DNA of 58,520 nt from a virus (IMGVR_UViG_3300036987_000072:1-58520); one strand, 5' to 3'. Positions 17,842-25,314 are shown, counted from the first letter of the stretch. A program made the numbers and translations. Notes: generated by a model not told the origin, from the sequence alone.

Positions 17842-18182
17842 CAGTCTACGTCGACGACATGGCGGCGCCCTATCAGCCCAAGCACCGGCCGGGGCGCACT
17901 TACGTCATGTGCCACATGATCGCCGACACCGACGACGAGCTGCACGCCATGGCGGCCGCGATCGGCGTCGCGCGCCGCTGGCATCAGGGCGACCATTATG
18001 ACATCGCCAAATCGAAGCGCGAGCAAGCCATCAAGCTCGGCGCCGTGCCGCTGCCGATGCGGACGCTCGCCGCCATGGCCATGCTGCGGCGCTGGGGGCA
18101 GCCGATGGGCGAGCCCGCGACGGCGATGCAGCGCATCAGCGAGTATCGAAGTGCACGCGTAAGAACCGAGGAACCGAGATAA
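17838..18182 (+). CDS. DUF4031-family protein
   Basis: VYVDD..MCHMIADTDDELHAMAAAIGVARRWHQGDHYDI. Confidence 0.8.
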   Translation: MTVYVDDMAAPYQPKHRPGRTYVMCHMIADTDDELHAMAAAIGVARRWHQGDHYDIAKSKREQAIKLGAVPLPMRTLAAMAMLRRWGQPMGEPATAMQRISEYRSARVRTEEPR

Positions 18183-18427
18183 TGAGCAACGACAATTCGC
18201 AGGCGCCGCCTATCGAACTGGCGACGACGAAAAGTGAAGACGAGCCAATGCTGCAATTCTTTGCGTTTGACCATCTGCCGCCGCACCTCGCGGCGATCAG
18301 CGGCTCGTTCTGCCAGTTGGCGCACGAGATGTGTGCGCTGTTGCCGCGCAATCCCGAGCGCACGGCCGGGCTGCGCAAGCTGCTCGAGGCGAAAGACTGC
18401 GCCGTGCGGGCCAAGCTGTTCAAGTAA
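18182..18427 (+). CDS. Conserved small phage helical-hairpin protein (Acb2/Tad1-hairpin-like candidate)
   Basis: FFAFDHLPPHL..LAHEMCALLPRNPERTAGLRKLLEAKDCAVRA. Confidence 0.55.
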   Translation: MSNDNSQAPPIELATTKSEDEPMLQFFAFDHLPPHLAAISGSFCQLAHEMCALLPRNPERTAGLRKLLEAKDCAVRAKLFK

Positions 18428-18460
18428 CCGAGCGTAGAACTAAACCGAGGAAAGACGAAA

Positions 18461-18685
18461 ATGCTGAAACGTGACGAGATTGCCAACCCGAACAGCTGCC
18501 TCAACAAGGCAGCCGATGACGAGCCGGTTTTCGTGCTGCGCGGCCGCGACGCGCTGGCGCCGGAGATCGTGCGCGATTGGGCCAACCGCGCCGAGGCAAA
18601 CGGCGCGTCGGCCGACAAGGTCGACGAGGCGCGCGCCCTCGCCGACAAAATGCACGCGTGGCCGGCGCGGCGGATGCCGGATTGA
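18461..18685 (+). CDS. Conserved small phage protein (DEPVFVLRGRD motif)
   Basis: SD GAGGA; recognisable phage motif SCLNKAADDEPVFVLRGRDALAP..WA. Confidence 0.65.
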   Translation: MLKRDEIANPNSCLNKAADDEPVFVLRGRDALAPEIVRDWANRAEANGASADKVDEARALADKMHAWPARRMPD

Positions 18686-18852
18686 TGGAGCCTCAATGGG
18701 CAATAGGGGCGCTGGCGTTTATACTCGCCGGCGCCAACGCCCTTCTCCTCGTCGAGGTTAGGGGGCTCATCCGCCGCGTCGACGCACTCAGTCGCGAGGT
18801 TTGGAAGTTGAAAGCGGCGGGGCAAGTCATCCCGCCGTCCCGCAACGATTGA
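18685..18852 (+). CDS. Small single-TM protein
   Basis: TGATG coupling; WAIGALAFILAGANALLLV. Confidence 0.5.
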   Translation: MEPQWAIGALAFILAGANALLLVEVRGLIRRVDALSREVWKLKAAGQVIPPSRND

Positions 18853-18869
18853 GGCGAGCCGCGCCGAAA

Positions 18870-19280
18870 ATGGAGACCCCAATGGGCAGCAACGTGGTGA
18901 ACCTCAAGCGGGCCGAGAGCCGCGCCGTGCCGGCGCCGGACGTCGACGGTCTGTCGCTCGGAGACATTCGCAAGGTCGAAGTGGCGTTCGAGGATGGGGC
19001 ACCGCAGACGTATCTCATCCACAAGGATGACGTTGAGACATTCATCGAGGCCACGCTCAAGCTGCATTGCGACCCCGGCGTCAATCCAGTCACTAAGGCC
19101 GAGACAACCAAGGTCTGGCAAATCCGCGTCGGGAAGCTGAAGCGGGAAGGCCCATATTGGTGGACGACGCCAGCGCTAGACGGCCGCGTCCCAGGCGCGC
19201 ACATTTTTGATTGCTACGGCACCGAGTGCGTATGGATGAGCAAGGACGCCGAGCGCAGATATGCGGAAAGCGACGACTAG
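18870..19280 (+). CDS. Hypothetical phage protein
   Basis: Operon packing; start 18870 or 18882. Confidence 0.55.
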   Translation: METPMGSNVVNLKRAESRAVPAPDVDGLSLGDIRKVEVAFEDGAPQTYLIHKDDVETFIEATLKLHCDPGVNPVTKAETTKVWQIRVGKLKREGPYWWTTPALDGRVPGAHIFDCYGTECVWMSKDAERRYAESDD

Positions 19281-19289
19281 GGCGAAATC

Positions 19290-19676
19290 ATGCTGACGCA
19301 CCTGGTTCTCGCATGGGTGACGGTCCTCGCCGTGGCGTTGGGCAGCGTCGAGGCCGTCGACGGTGACACGGTGCGGGCGCTGGGCCAGTCCTGGCGCCTG
19401 ACCGGCTTCGACACGCCCGAGACGCGTTACGCCAGGTGCAGCCGCGAGTGGATGCTGGGCGTGGTGGCCAAAAACCGGCTGCAGCGCCTGGTCGACGGCG
19501 CCGGCGTAATCGAGATCCACGCGCGCCGCGGCAAGGACAAATACGGCCGCGGGCTTGGCGCGCTTATGGTCGACGGCGAGGATGCCGCCGACATCATGGT
19601 GCGGGAAGGGCTGGCGCGGCCCTACAGCGGGCGCGGGAAGCGCGGGAGCTGGTGCGGTGGGGGATGGGTGCGGTGA
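19290..19676 (+). CDS. Thermonuclease (SNase-family) with signal sequence
   Basis: AVDGDTV..RLTGFDTPET..DKYGRGLG..MVREGLARPY. Confidence 0.88.
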   Translation: MLTHLVLAWVTVLAVALGSVEAVDGDTVRALGQSWRLTGFDTPETRYARCSREWMLGVVAKNRLQRLVDGAGVIEIHARRGKDKYGRGLGALMVDGEDAADIMVREGLARPYSGRGKRGSWCGGGWVR

Positions 19677-19754
19677 GCACGATCAAGGCTTGGCGCTGCT
19701 GTTCGGCGGGATATGGGGGAAGTGATGGCGGGTTTTCCAATGTGGAAAGTGTGG

Positions 19755-20366
19755 CTAGTCCCTAACGAACAGCCGCCACCGATCCTTATTTGCCTCACGC
19801 CACTCGGGCGTTTTGACTTTGATCCAGTCGGGATTGGGGCCGGACACATAGCGGCTGCCGCGTCGCTTACATACGACGCCTTCGAGGCCGTGCTCGGCGC
19901 AAAGCTCCAGGACCGCCGCGGCGCTATGGAAGGCATGCGAGGTCCGCAGCGTGTCGGTCGCCTCACGCTTGAGCACCCGCCGCACCAGGGCACGGCGCGC
20001 TTCTAGCGGCTCGTTGACCATCGGAACGCCATTGAAGGCGAGAATGTCGAAACAGTAGACGCAGCAGCCGTCGCGTTCGCCGCGCATGAGAGCGTAGAAG
20101 TTCGGCCAGCCTGAGACGTCGGGCGCTACAATCTCGCCGTCGAGGATCAGCGACTTGAACGGCAACGCGGCGACGGCATCAGCGAGCTTGCGGAACCGCC
20201 GTGTGAGGTCGCCACCATTCTTGCCGTAGATCGTCGCCGCGCCGTCGACCAGGTGCATCTGCGCACGGAAGCCATCGTGCTTGAGGTCATACAGCCAGTC
20301 GCGCCCGGTGGGCGGCTCTGAGGCGAGGACCGGTGCGCTGGGCACGATGAAGGGGGAGCGAGGCAC
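19755..20366 (-). CDS. ATP-dependent DNA ligase, adenylation domain only (LigD/LigC-like)
   Basis: LKHDGFR (KxDG), LDGEIV, FDIL, EGVVCK, WIKVK motifs; ORF ends shortly after motif V. Confidence 0.85.
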   Translation of the reverse strand: MPRSPFIVPSAPVLASEPPTGRDWLYDLKHDGFRAQMHLVDGAATIYGKNGGDLTRRFRKLADAVAALPFKSLILDGEIVAPDVSGWPNFYALMRGERDGCCVYCFDILAFNGVPMVNEPLEARRALVRRVLKREATDTLRTSHAFHSAAAVLELCAEHGLEGVVCKRRGSRYVSGPNPDWIKVKTPEWREANKDRWRLFVRD

Positions 20367-20430
20367 GCGCGTTACTTAAGCGCGACGATCGGGTCCAGCA
20401 AGGCGAGAGTCCGCGCAGGCGCCGTCGGGA

Positions 20431-20459
20431 TTGTTCTTCTTCTGTTCTCGGGGTAGAAG
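20431..20459 (+). promoter_or_regulatory. Putative SOS promoter with alphaproteobacterial LexA box GTTC-N7-GTTC
   Basis: GTTC-TTCTTCT-GTTC at 20433-20447 overlapping TTGTTC-17nt-TAGAAG. Confidence 0.65.
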
Positions 20460-20484
20460 CGGGGGCAGAGAGAGAGGCCCAAGC

Positions 20485-20691
20485 ATGCCCGAGGACGATC
20501 ACACATACCGAAAAACGCTGGCCGTGGGCGCTGCCGTGCAGGTCCGCTTCGGCGGGCGTTGGCAGGAGGCCACGATCGTCAACAAGTCGGAGCGGGGCAA
20601 GAGCGAGACCGTGCTCGCGAAAACCGCGGACGGGACGTTCGTGTCGGTCCGCGATCCGTCGCAGTGGAGGCCGTCGCGCTTACCAAAGTAA
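20485..20691 (+). CDS. Small basic beta-barrel-like (Tudor/SH3-like) protein, probably SOS-induced
   Basis: SD GAGAGG; LAVGAAVQVRFGGRWQEATIV; directly downstream of the LexA box. Confidence 0.6.
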   Translation: MPEDDHTYRKTLAVGAAVQVRFGGRWQEATIVNKSERGKSETVLAKTADGTFVSVRDPSQWRPSRLPK

Positions 20692-20769
20692 AAACCCCGG
20701 AGCTGGGGGCACCAGCAACCGGGGGAATTATTCAAAGTCTGAATATTTTTTGCATGTTTTCCGTCGCCG

Positions 20770-21837
20770 TTAGGAGGCGGCGGCGAGGACCTTGCACCGT
20801 CCGGCCTGGGTCCGCGCGGGGATGAGCCGCTGACGCTCCCAATCGCGGCACCAGTCCGACACCGTCTGCTTAGGGCGACCGGACAGTCCGACCAGCGTGT
20901 CCTGCGAGGGGAACGTCCGGCCAAGCGCCAGCTCGAACAGCACGTGCTGCAGGGTTTCCGTCTTACTGAGGCGGCCGCCGGGCGCCGGACGGTCCGGCTT
21001 TGGCGTCGGACCGTTGCGATCGTCCGGACCAAACCACCGCCGATCGACGGACGGTCCGGCCTCGAAGGACGTCTGCGCCGTCTCGGCCGGCGTGGGCAGG
21101 TGCCGGCGCTGACGGTTCGGCCCGAACGCTCGAGCAAAGCACCAGATGGTGCCAAACTCGAAGAACAGCGTCAGCATGTAGGGGAAGGCGAGGCCTGCGC
21201 CGGCCGCCACCTTGCCCTTGTCGTAGCCGAACGCGGCCGCCGACGTGGCGAACTGCTCAGCTGCCGGGTCGACCGGCGTAGGAGGCGCCAGCTGCGCCAG
21301 GCGCGCCTCGACGCCGGCGAGGCTGTCGGCGTAGACGCTCTGCACCGCGCGGGCACCGAGGCATCGTCGATGGTCGGGGCCGAGCTTTTTGCAGACGGCG
21401 TCGGCATCGCTGCGCTTGGCGGCAAAGGCGGCCGTCTCGCTGGCGATCTTGCGCTCGAGGTCGAGACGCTTGCCGACGGCCAGGTCGTGCTCGCCGGCCG
21501 ACATCATCGTTTTCTCGCCCTGGCGGCCGACGCTGGAATAAATCACCAGGCCGGTGCCGACCAGGAACAGCACCGAGAAGCCGGCGAGGCTGCCGAACTG
21601 CCGGCGATGCCAAGCCTGCTCGGCGAGGATGCCGACCAGCAAGGTGCCGGCGACGATGACCAGCGTCTGGTAGTGCTTGAGCGTGAACTGCGCACCGAGC
21701 GCGACGACATCGTAAAACAGGATGGCGAGCGTTCCGGAGAGCAGGATGACGCCGGCGACGAAAGCGACGCCGCGCCAGGAAAAGGCCGTGCGCGCTGTAA
21801 TTGCAGCTGCTCGACCGAGCGTGTTAAGGCTCTGCAT
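20770..21837 (-). CDS. Multi-TM membrane protein with C-terminal winged-HTH
   Basis: SD GAAAGG; three N-terminal hydrophobic helices, coiled region, a further TM, then FPSQDTLVGLSGRPKQTVSDWCRDWE. Confidence 0.7.
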   Translation of the reverse strand: MQSLNTLGRAAAITARTAFSWRGVAFVAGVILLSGTLAILFYDVVALGAQFTLKHYQTLVIVAGTLLVGILAEQAWHRRQFGSLAGFSVLFLVGTGLVIYSSVGRQGEKTMMSAGEHDLAVGKRLDLERKIASETAAFAAKRSDADAVCKKLGPDHRRCLGARAVQSVYADSLAGVEARLAQLAPPTPVDPAAEQFATSAAAFGYDKGKVAAGAGLAFPYMLTLFFEFGTIWCFARAFGPNRQRRHLPTPAETAQTSFEAGPSVDRRWFGPDDRNGPTPKPDRPAPGGRLSKTETLQHVLFELALGRTFPSQDTLVGLSGRPKQTVSDWCRDWERQRLIPARTQAGRCKVLAAAS

Positions 21838-21963
21838 GTGAGTACCTTTCTTTGCGGATTGGGATGCACACCGGCCCGGGAGTGTTTGCGCACTCCCGGG
21901 CCAACTCGTTTCCTGCGTATTGAGCAGGGGATGGGGCACCCTCGAGGATGCCCACACCGCTGC

Positions 21964-22164
21964 TCAGTCGACCTTGGCGGCCGCCTGCTGCGCATCTTTG
22001 AGGAGGCGGAATGTGCCAAGCTCATTGAGGCGCCCGTCGACGTAGTACGGCCGCAGCGCCGTGGGGTGGCCGCAGTGGCGGACGAGCACGCCGGGCAGCT
22101 CGTCGCTCGTCCATTTGTCGTTGCGGCCGGTGGGGCCAGGATGCCCTTTCCAAGTGATGCTCAT
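21964..22164 (-). CDS. Small hypothetical protein
   Basis: In the minus-strand operon, 6 nt from the upstream gene. Confidence 0.6.
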   Translation of the reverse strand: MSITWKGHPGPTGRNDKWTSDELPGVLVRHCGHPTALRPYYVDGRLNELGTFRLLKDAQQAAAKVD

Positions 22165-22170
22165 AACGCC

Positions 22171-22392
22171 CTAGCTCCGGATAGAGACGACGACCGGCCG
22201 ATCGGTCGCGGTGATGTTCGCGGTCGCCTCGATCGGCGTGATGTCCGGCAGCGTGAGATTGAGCGCCACGACGCGGAAACCCTCATCGTGGCCGTGGTTC
22301 TCGACCAGGGCGTCGGCCGCCGTCTGCGCGTCGACGTCGCTCGCCTCGAGGTCGCCGGCGGCGTTGTAGGCTATCCAGAGCATCGCATTCAT
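22171..22392 (-). CDS. Small acidic hypothetical protein
   Basis: SD AAGGGG immediately after the hammerhead. Confidence 0.6.
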   Translation of the reverse strand: MNAMLWIAYNAAGDLEASDVDAQTAADALVENHGHDEGFRVVALNLTLPDITPIEATANITATDRPVVVSIRS

Positions 22393-22409
22393 AGCGTCGT
22401 CCCCTTGTT

Positions 22410-22474
22410 TGGCTCATCAGGCCGGCACTCGCCGGCGACCATCGCGGGGCGCTGGGCCCCGCTAGGTTTCGCCA
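22410..22474 (-). ncRNA. Type II hammerhead ribozyme (copy 1)
   Basis: Minus strand: UGGC GAAA CC UA GCGGGGC CCAGC GCCCCGC GAU GG UC / GCCGGC GAGU GCCGGC CUGAUGA GCCA; complete core, GUC triplet, all three stems paired. Confidence 0.9.
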
Positions 22475-23014
22475 TCACGCTGCGGCCTCAAGCTCGGCCG
22501 TCTTGGCGGCGATCGCCGCCTTGATCCGCTCGACGACGTTCTCGAGGTTAGGCGACTTGCCTTTCGTGTGCACGCGGCTGCGCCAGTCGACGCCGCCACC
22601 AACCTCGCGCCAGGCCGAGGCGCCAAAGTCGGCGCTGTACTTGTGCAGCTCGACAATCCAATCGCCGAACGTGGCCCGCACGCGCCGGTCGACTTCGCCG
22701 GCCTTGTGATGCGCGTGCTGCAGCTCAACGACCGAGAACCGCAGGCCGCCGGCGTCGAACACGTTGCCGGGGTATTCGGCCTTTGGCTTGGCCGTTACGG
22801 CCTTTTCGACGACCTCGAGGGGGACGACGATGCGATCGGCGGCGCCGGCGGCCAGATTGTGCGCGAGATCCAGGCGGCCAGAACAGCCGACCATGATCCA
22901 GGCGCCTTTGTGGTTTTTGCCGAGGACCGCATGCGAGTAGCGCCTCGAGGCGGACGTGCGATTGAGCGTGGTGCCGTCCGGCGCCGTGGCCGTGTGGATG
23001 ATTTTCACCGTCAT
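22475..23014 (-). CDS. Hypothetical protein (179 aa) flanked by two hammerheads
   Basis: Clean ORF whose stop codon abuts hammerhead 1 and whose leader follows hammerhead 2. Confidence 0.7.
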   Translation of the reverse strand: MTVKIIHTATAPDGTTLNRTSASRRYSHAVLGKNHKGAWIMVGCSGRLDLAHNLAAGAADRIVVPLEVVEKAVTAKPKAEYPGNVFDAGGLRFSVVELQHAHHKAGEVDRRVRATFGDWIVELHKYSADFGASAWREVGGGVDWRSRVHTKGKSPNLENVVERIKAAIAAKTAELEAAA

Positions 23015-23033
23015 GTGCTTTTCCCGTGTGCTT

Positions 23034-23097
23034 GGCTCATCAGAGGCGGCATCACCGCCTGACCGTCGCGGGGCTCGAGGCCCCGCTAGGTTTCGCC
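23034..23097 (-). ncRNA. Type II hammerhead ribozyme (copy 2)
   Basis: Minus strand: GGC GAAA CC UA GCGGGGC CUCGA GCCCCGC GAC GG UC / AGGCGG UGAUG CCGCCU CUGAUGA GCC; stem I differs from copy 1 but stays fully paired. Confidence 0.9.
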
Positions 23098-23098
23098 T

Positions 23099-23335
23099 TC
23101 ACGCTGCAACCTTGTCGGCGGTCAGCACCGGCGACATCGAGTAGCGGCCATGGGGGTCGCAGGCCTCGACGCCGTCCCAGATCCGGACGCGACGGGCGCG
23201 AATCTTGCCGTGCGCCGACAGCCAAACCGTCTTTTCGGTGCGCTTGACGACTTCGAATTTGAACACGCAGTCGTAGTCGCAGATCGAGCGGACGGTGTAG
23301 GTGTTGCCGACTTCAAATTTTGCGATGGTGGTCAT
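23099..23335 (-). CDS. Small conserved phage protein, first gene of the hammerhead operon
   Basis: SD GGAG; FEVGNTYTVRSICDYDC..KRTEKTV..GRYSMSPVL. Confidence 0.7.
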   Translation of the reverse strand: MTTIAKFEVGNTYTVRSICDYDCVFKFEVVKRTEKTVWLSAHGKIRARRVRIWDGVEACDPHGRYSMSPVLTADKVAA

Positions 23336-23379
23336 TTGGTTGGCTCCGTGAGTTAAGTGGCTTTGCGATGTCTGGGTTT

Positions 23380-23452
23380 TATTTACCCGAGTAACTTAAA
23401 TAGGTCAAGGGCCAGAGCAGGCCTTGACGCATTTTTTTTACTCGCGTAATTA
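23380..23452. promoter_or_regulatory. Back-to-back sigma70-like promoters, each with a TTAC-N4-GTAA operator
   Basis: Minus: TTGACC(23408-23403)-17-TAAATA; plus: TTGACG(23424-23429)-17-TAATTA; TTACTCGGGTAA (23394-23383) and TTACTCGCGTAA (23438-23449) overlap each -10. Confidence 0.72.
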
Positions 23453-23459
23453 TGTGGCC

Positions 23460-23699
23460 ATGCAGATACACGAGAGCGATGCAGACATGGCCGAACCACC
23501 TCGCCGCCCGCGCGGCCGCCCGTCGACGGGAGTTCGCAAGGCACGTGTGCAGGCATTGCTTGATGTTGAGGACGTCGAGACGATCGAGGCGGCTGCGGCT
23601 ACGCTCGACAAATCGGTCGCCGAGCTGGGCCGCGTGCTGATCAAGGGCGAGATGGCCTGGGCGGACGTGGTCAAGGCGGCAAAGAAGGGGCGGCGGTGA
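23460..23699 (+). CDS. Ribbon-helix-helix (CopG/Arc-like) regulator
   Basis: RPRGRPSTG followed by strand-helix-helix RVQALLDVEDVETIEAAAATLDKSVAELGRVLI; start 23460 or 23487. Confidence 0.65.
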   Translation: MQIHESDADMAEPPRRPRGRPSTGVRKARVQALLDVEDVETIEAAAATLDKSVAELGRVLIKGEMAWADVVKAAKKGRR

Positions 23700-23923
23700 T
23701 GGCGCGGTGCCCGCAGTGTTTGTCGACGTCGGTGGATGCCGTTCCGCAAGCGCTGCCGATGCGAGAATATCGACCCGGTGACGAGCTTGTGCCCGCCCGC
23801 GTATGGTGGGCGTGCGAATGCCTGAATTGCGGCAACGCATGGTCGCAGGCGGGGACGGCGGCGGTTGAGCCGCCGAACATGGTCATAACGAGCGGGCCAT
23901 GGGTGATGCGTGATGGGTGCTGA
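23696..23923 (+). CDS. Zn-ribbon small protein
   Basis: CPQC...CLNCGNAW; GTGA coupling. Confidence 0.55.
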   Translation: MMARCPQCLSTSVDAVPQALPMREYRPGDELVPARVWWACECLNCGNAWSQAGTAAVEPPNMVITSGPWVMRDGC

Positions 23924-23925
23924 CG

Positions 23926-24201
23926 ATGGCTGCGAATGAACGCGAGGCGATCGAGGGGCGACTGCGCACGATGCTGGACGTCGGGCTCGACAAAGGCAAC
24001 GAAGGCGAATTGGTGACGCTGATCGAGCGCATCGCTGTTGCGGCCGTCGCCGAACTCGTCGACCCGCTTTACGCGCTGTTATCGGCGCGCGCCGAGGCGC
24101 TGGCCGGCTGTACCGAGGGCTCGCCGGAGGAGGCCGAGCTGGCGGCGATCGCCACCGCGCTCGACCGCTACGAGGCGCTGCGGCCGCCGGCCGGCCAATA
24201 A
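23926..24201 (+). CDS. Hypothetical protein
   Basis: Operon packing; [20 protein letters not shown]. Confidence 0.55.
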   Translation: MAANEREAIEGRLRTMLDVGLDKGNEGELVTLIERIAVAAVAELVDPLYALLSARAEALAGCTEGSPEEAELAAIATALDRYEALRPPAGQ

Positions 24202-24215
24202 AATAGGAGCACACG

Positions 24216-24413
24216 ATGACGACCGCACACCATGACAACGCCGACACGCGAAGACTTAAGGGCAAGGTGGTGAGCCTGGTCGAGCACGAGCCCGGCCACG
24301 TGACCGTGCGTTTCAATGATGGCTCGCTTATCCGCGTGACGGCAGAGGAGCGGGACGTCAACGGCGCAAAGGTTATGGGGCTGGCCGTTCAGACTATCGC
24401 CGTTAGCGAGTGA
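24216..24413 (+). CDS. Small hypothetical protein
   Basis: SD AGGAG. Confidence 0.55.
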   Translation: MTTAHHDNADTRRLKGKVVSLVEHEPGHVTVRFNDGSLIRVTAEERDVNGAKVMGLAVQTIAVSE

Positions 24414-24503
24414 TGCGCGAATGACACGGGCGCATCATTTTGAAAAAGTTGTTTACAGATAGGGCCGAATCGGGTGATTCGACCTCTAGTCTCAACGAGA
24501 CGT

Positions 24504-24534
24504 ACGCCCGCAGCCATCCAGCCGCGGGCGTTTT
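24504..24534 (+). terminator. Putative intrinsic terminator at the start of the late leader
   Basis: ACGCCCGC-N12-GCGGGCGT followed by TTT. Confidence 0.45.
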
Positions 24535-25047
24535 GCGTTTCTGGCGGCACGCGGGTGAAGCAGCCAACTGCGGCGACGACCACCGAACGCGGCCACAAAA
24601 TCATAATGCCGGGGTGTATTCCCCGGTGGTCGGTGCGGAGATGCACGGGGGCGGCTGAGCCGTTTCTGACCGATCTTAAAACAACGCCCCCTAGCCATTC
24701 ACGAATGCCACGCGCCCCACGGTGCTGCTGGGATGAACCCTCGGCGGCAGGTATCTAACCGATGGATCAGGCGGCTCGGCCGGTGGCGCAGCCGGCACGC
24801 CATGCCGTTTACGCCTCTGCTTGGCGGCATGGCACCCATACTTGAGAGCGCTGAAGACCCGCACCGGCTGCCGCGTCGTCCACCAGTATGGCAGCCGGTG
24901 AGCAGTGAGGCGATGACGGACCTAATTGCGCGACCGCACCGCGGCCCGTGCAGCAGCTGATCTCCGGCCCGATCCTGGCAGGCACCCACAAACGCGATTG
25001 ATTTTCGCACCAGGCCAACGCCAGCGAAGAAGGCCGGACCGATCACG

Positions 25048-25311
25048 ATGCAAAAGCTGATGCTCAACGGCGAGCACGCCTGGGTTATTCGGTCGACGTG
25101 CCCTGACCGGGCGGAAATGTTCTTCGAGAGCCACACGACCTGGAACGTCAAGCCGAGCGAGGCGACGATCTTCCGGTCGTTCGACGCCGCCGAGCGCGAA
25201 ATGGTGCGGGCGGCTTCGCTGGGGTTCAAGCTGCCGGGTGAGGTTCACGAGGTCGTGCCGCTGCTAGGAGCGCTCGCAACATTCGCCGCCAAGGCACGCA
25301 GGAAGGGCTGA
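25048..25311 (+). CDS. Hypothetical protein
   Basis: Directly upstream of the gpZ-like gene. Confidence 0.5.
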   Translation: MQKLMLNGEHAWVIRSTCPDRAEMFFESHTTWNVKPSEATIFRSFDAAEREMVRAASLGFKLPGEVHEVVPLLGALATFAAKARRKG

Positions 25312-25314
25312 GCG

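Noticed and set aside
19755-20366. Idea that the ligase domain circularises the hammerhead product
   Set aside because: ATP-dependent ligases need 5'-phosphate and 3'-OH; hammerhead ends are 5'-OH and cyclic phosphate, which suit self-ligation or RtcB, and no end-healing enzyme was recognised
20944-22524. 526-aa plus-strand ORF over the minus-strand operon
   Set aside because: Arg-rich low-information shadow; the minus-strand genes have SD sites, promoter and ribozymes
24733-24960. 75-aa ORF in the late leader
   Set aside because: Weak ribosome-binding site, Arg/Pro-rich atypical composition; better explained by RNA hairpins
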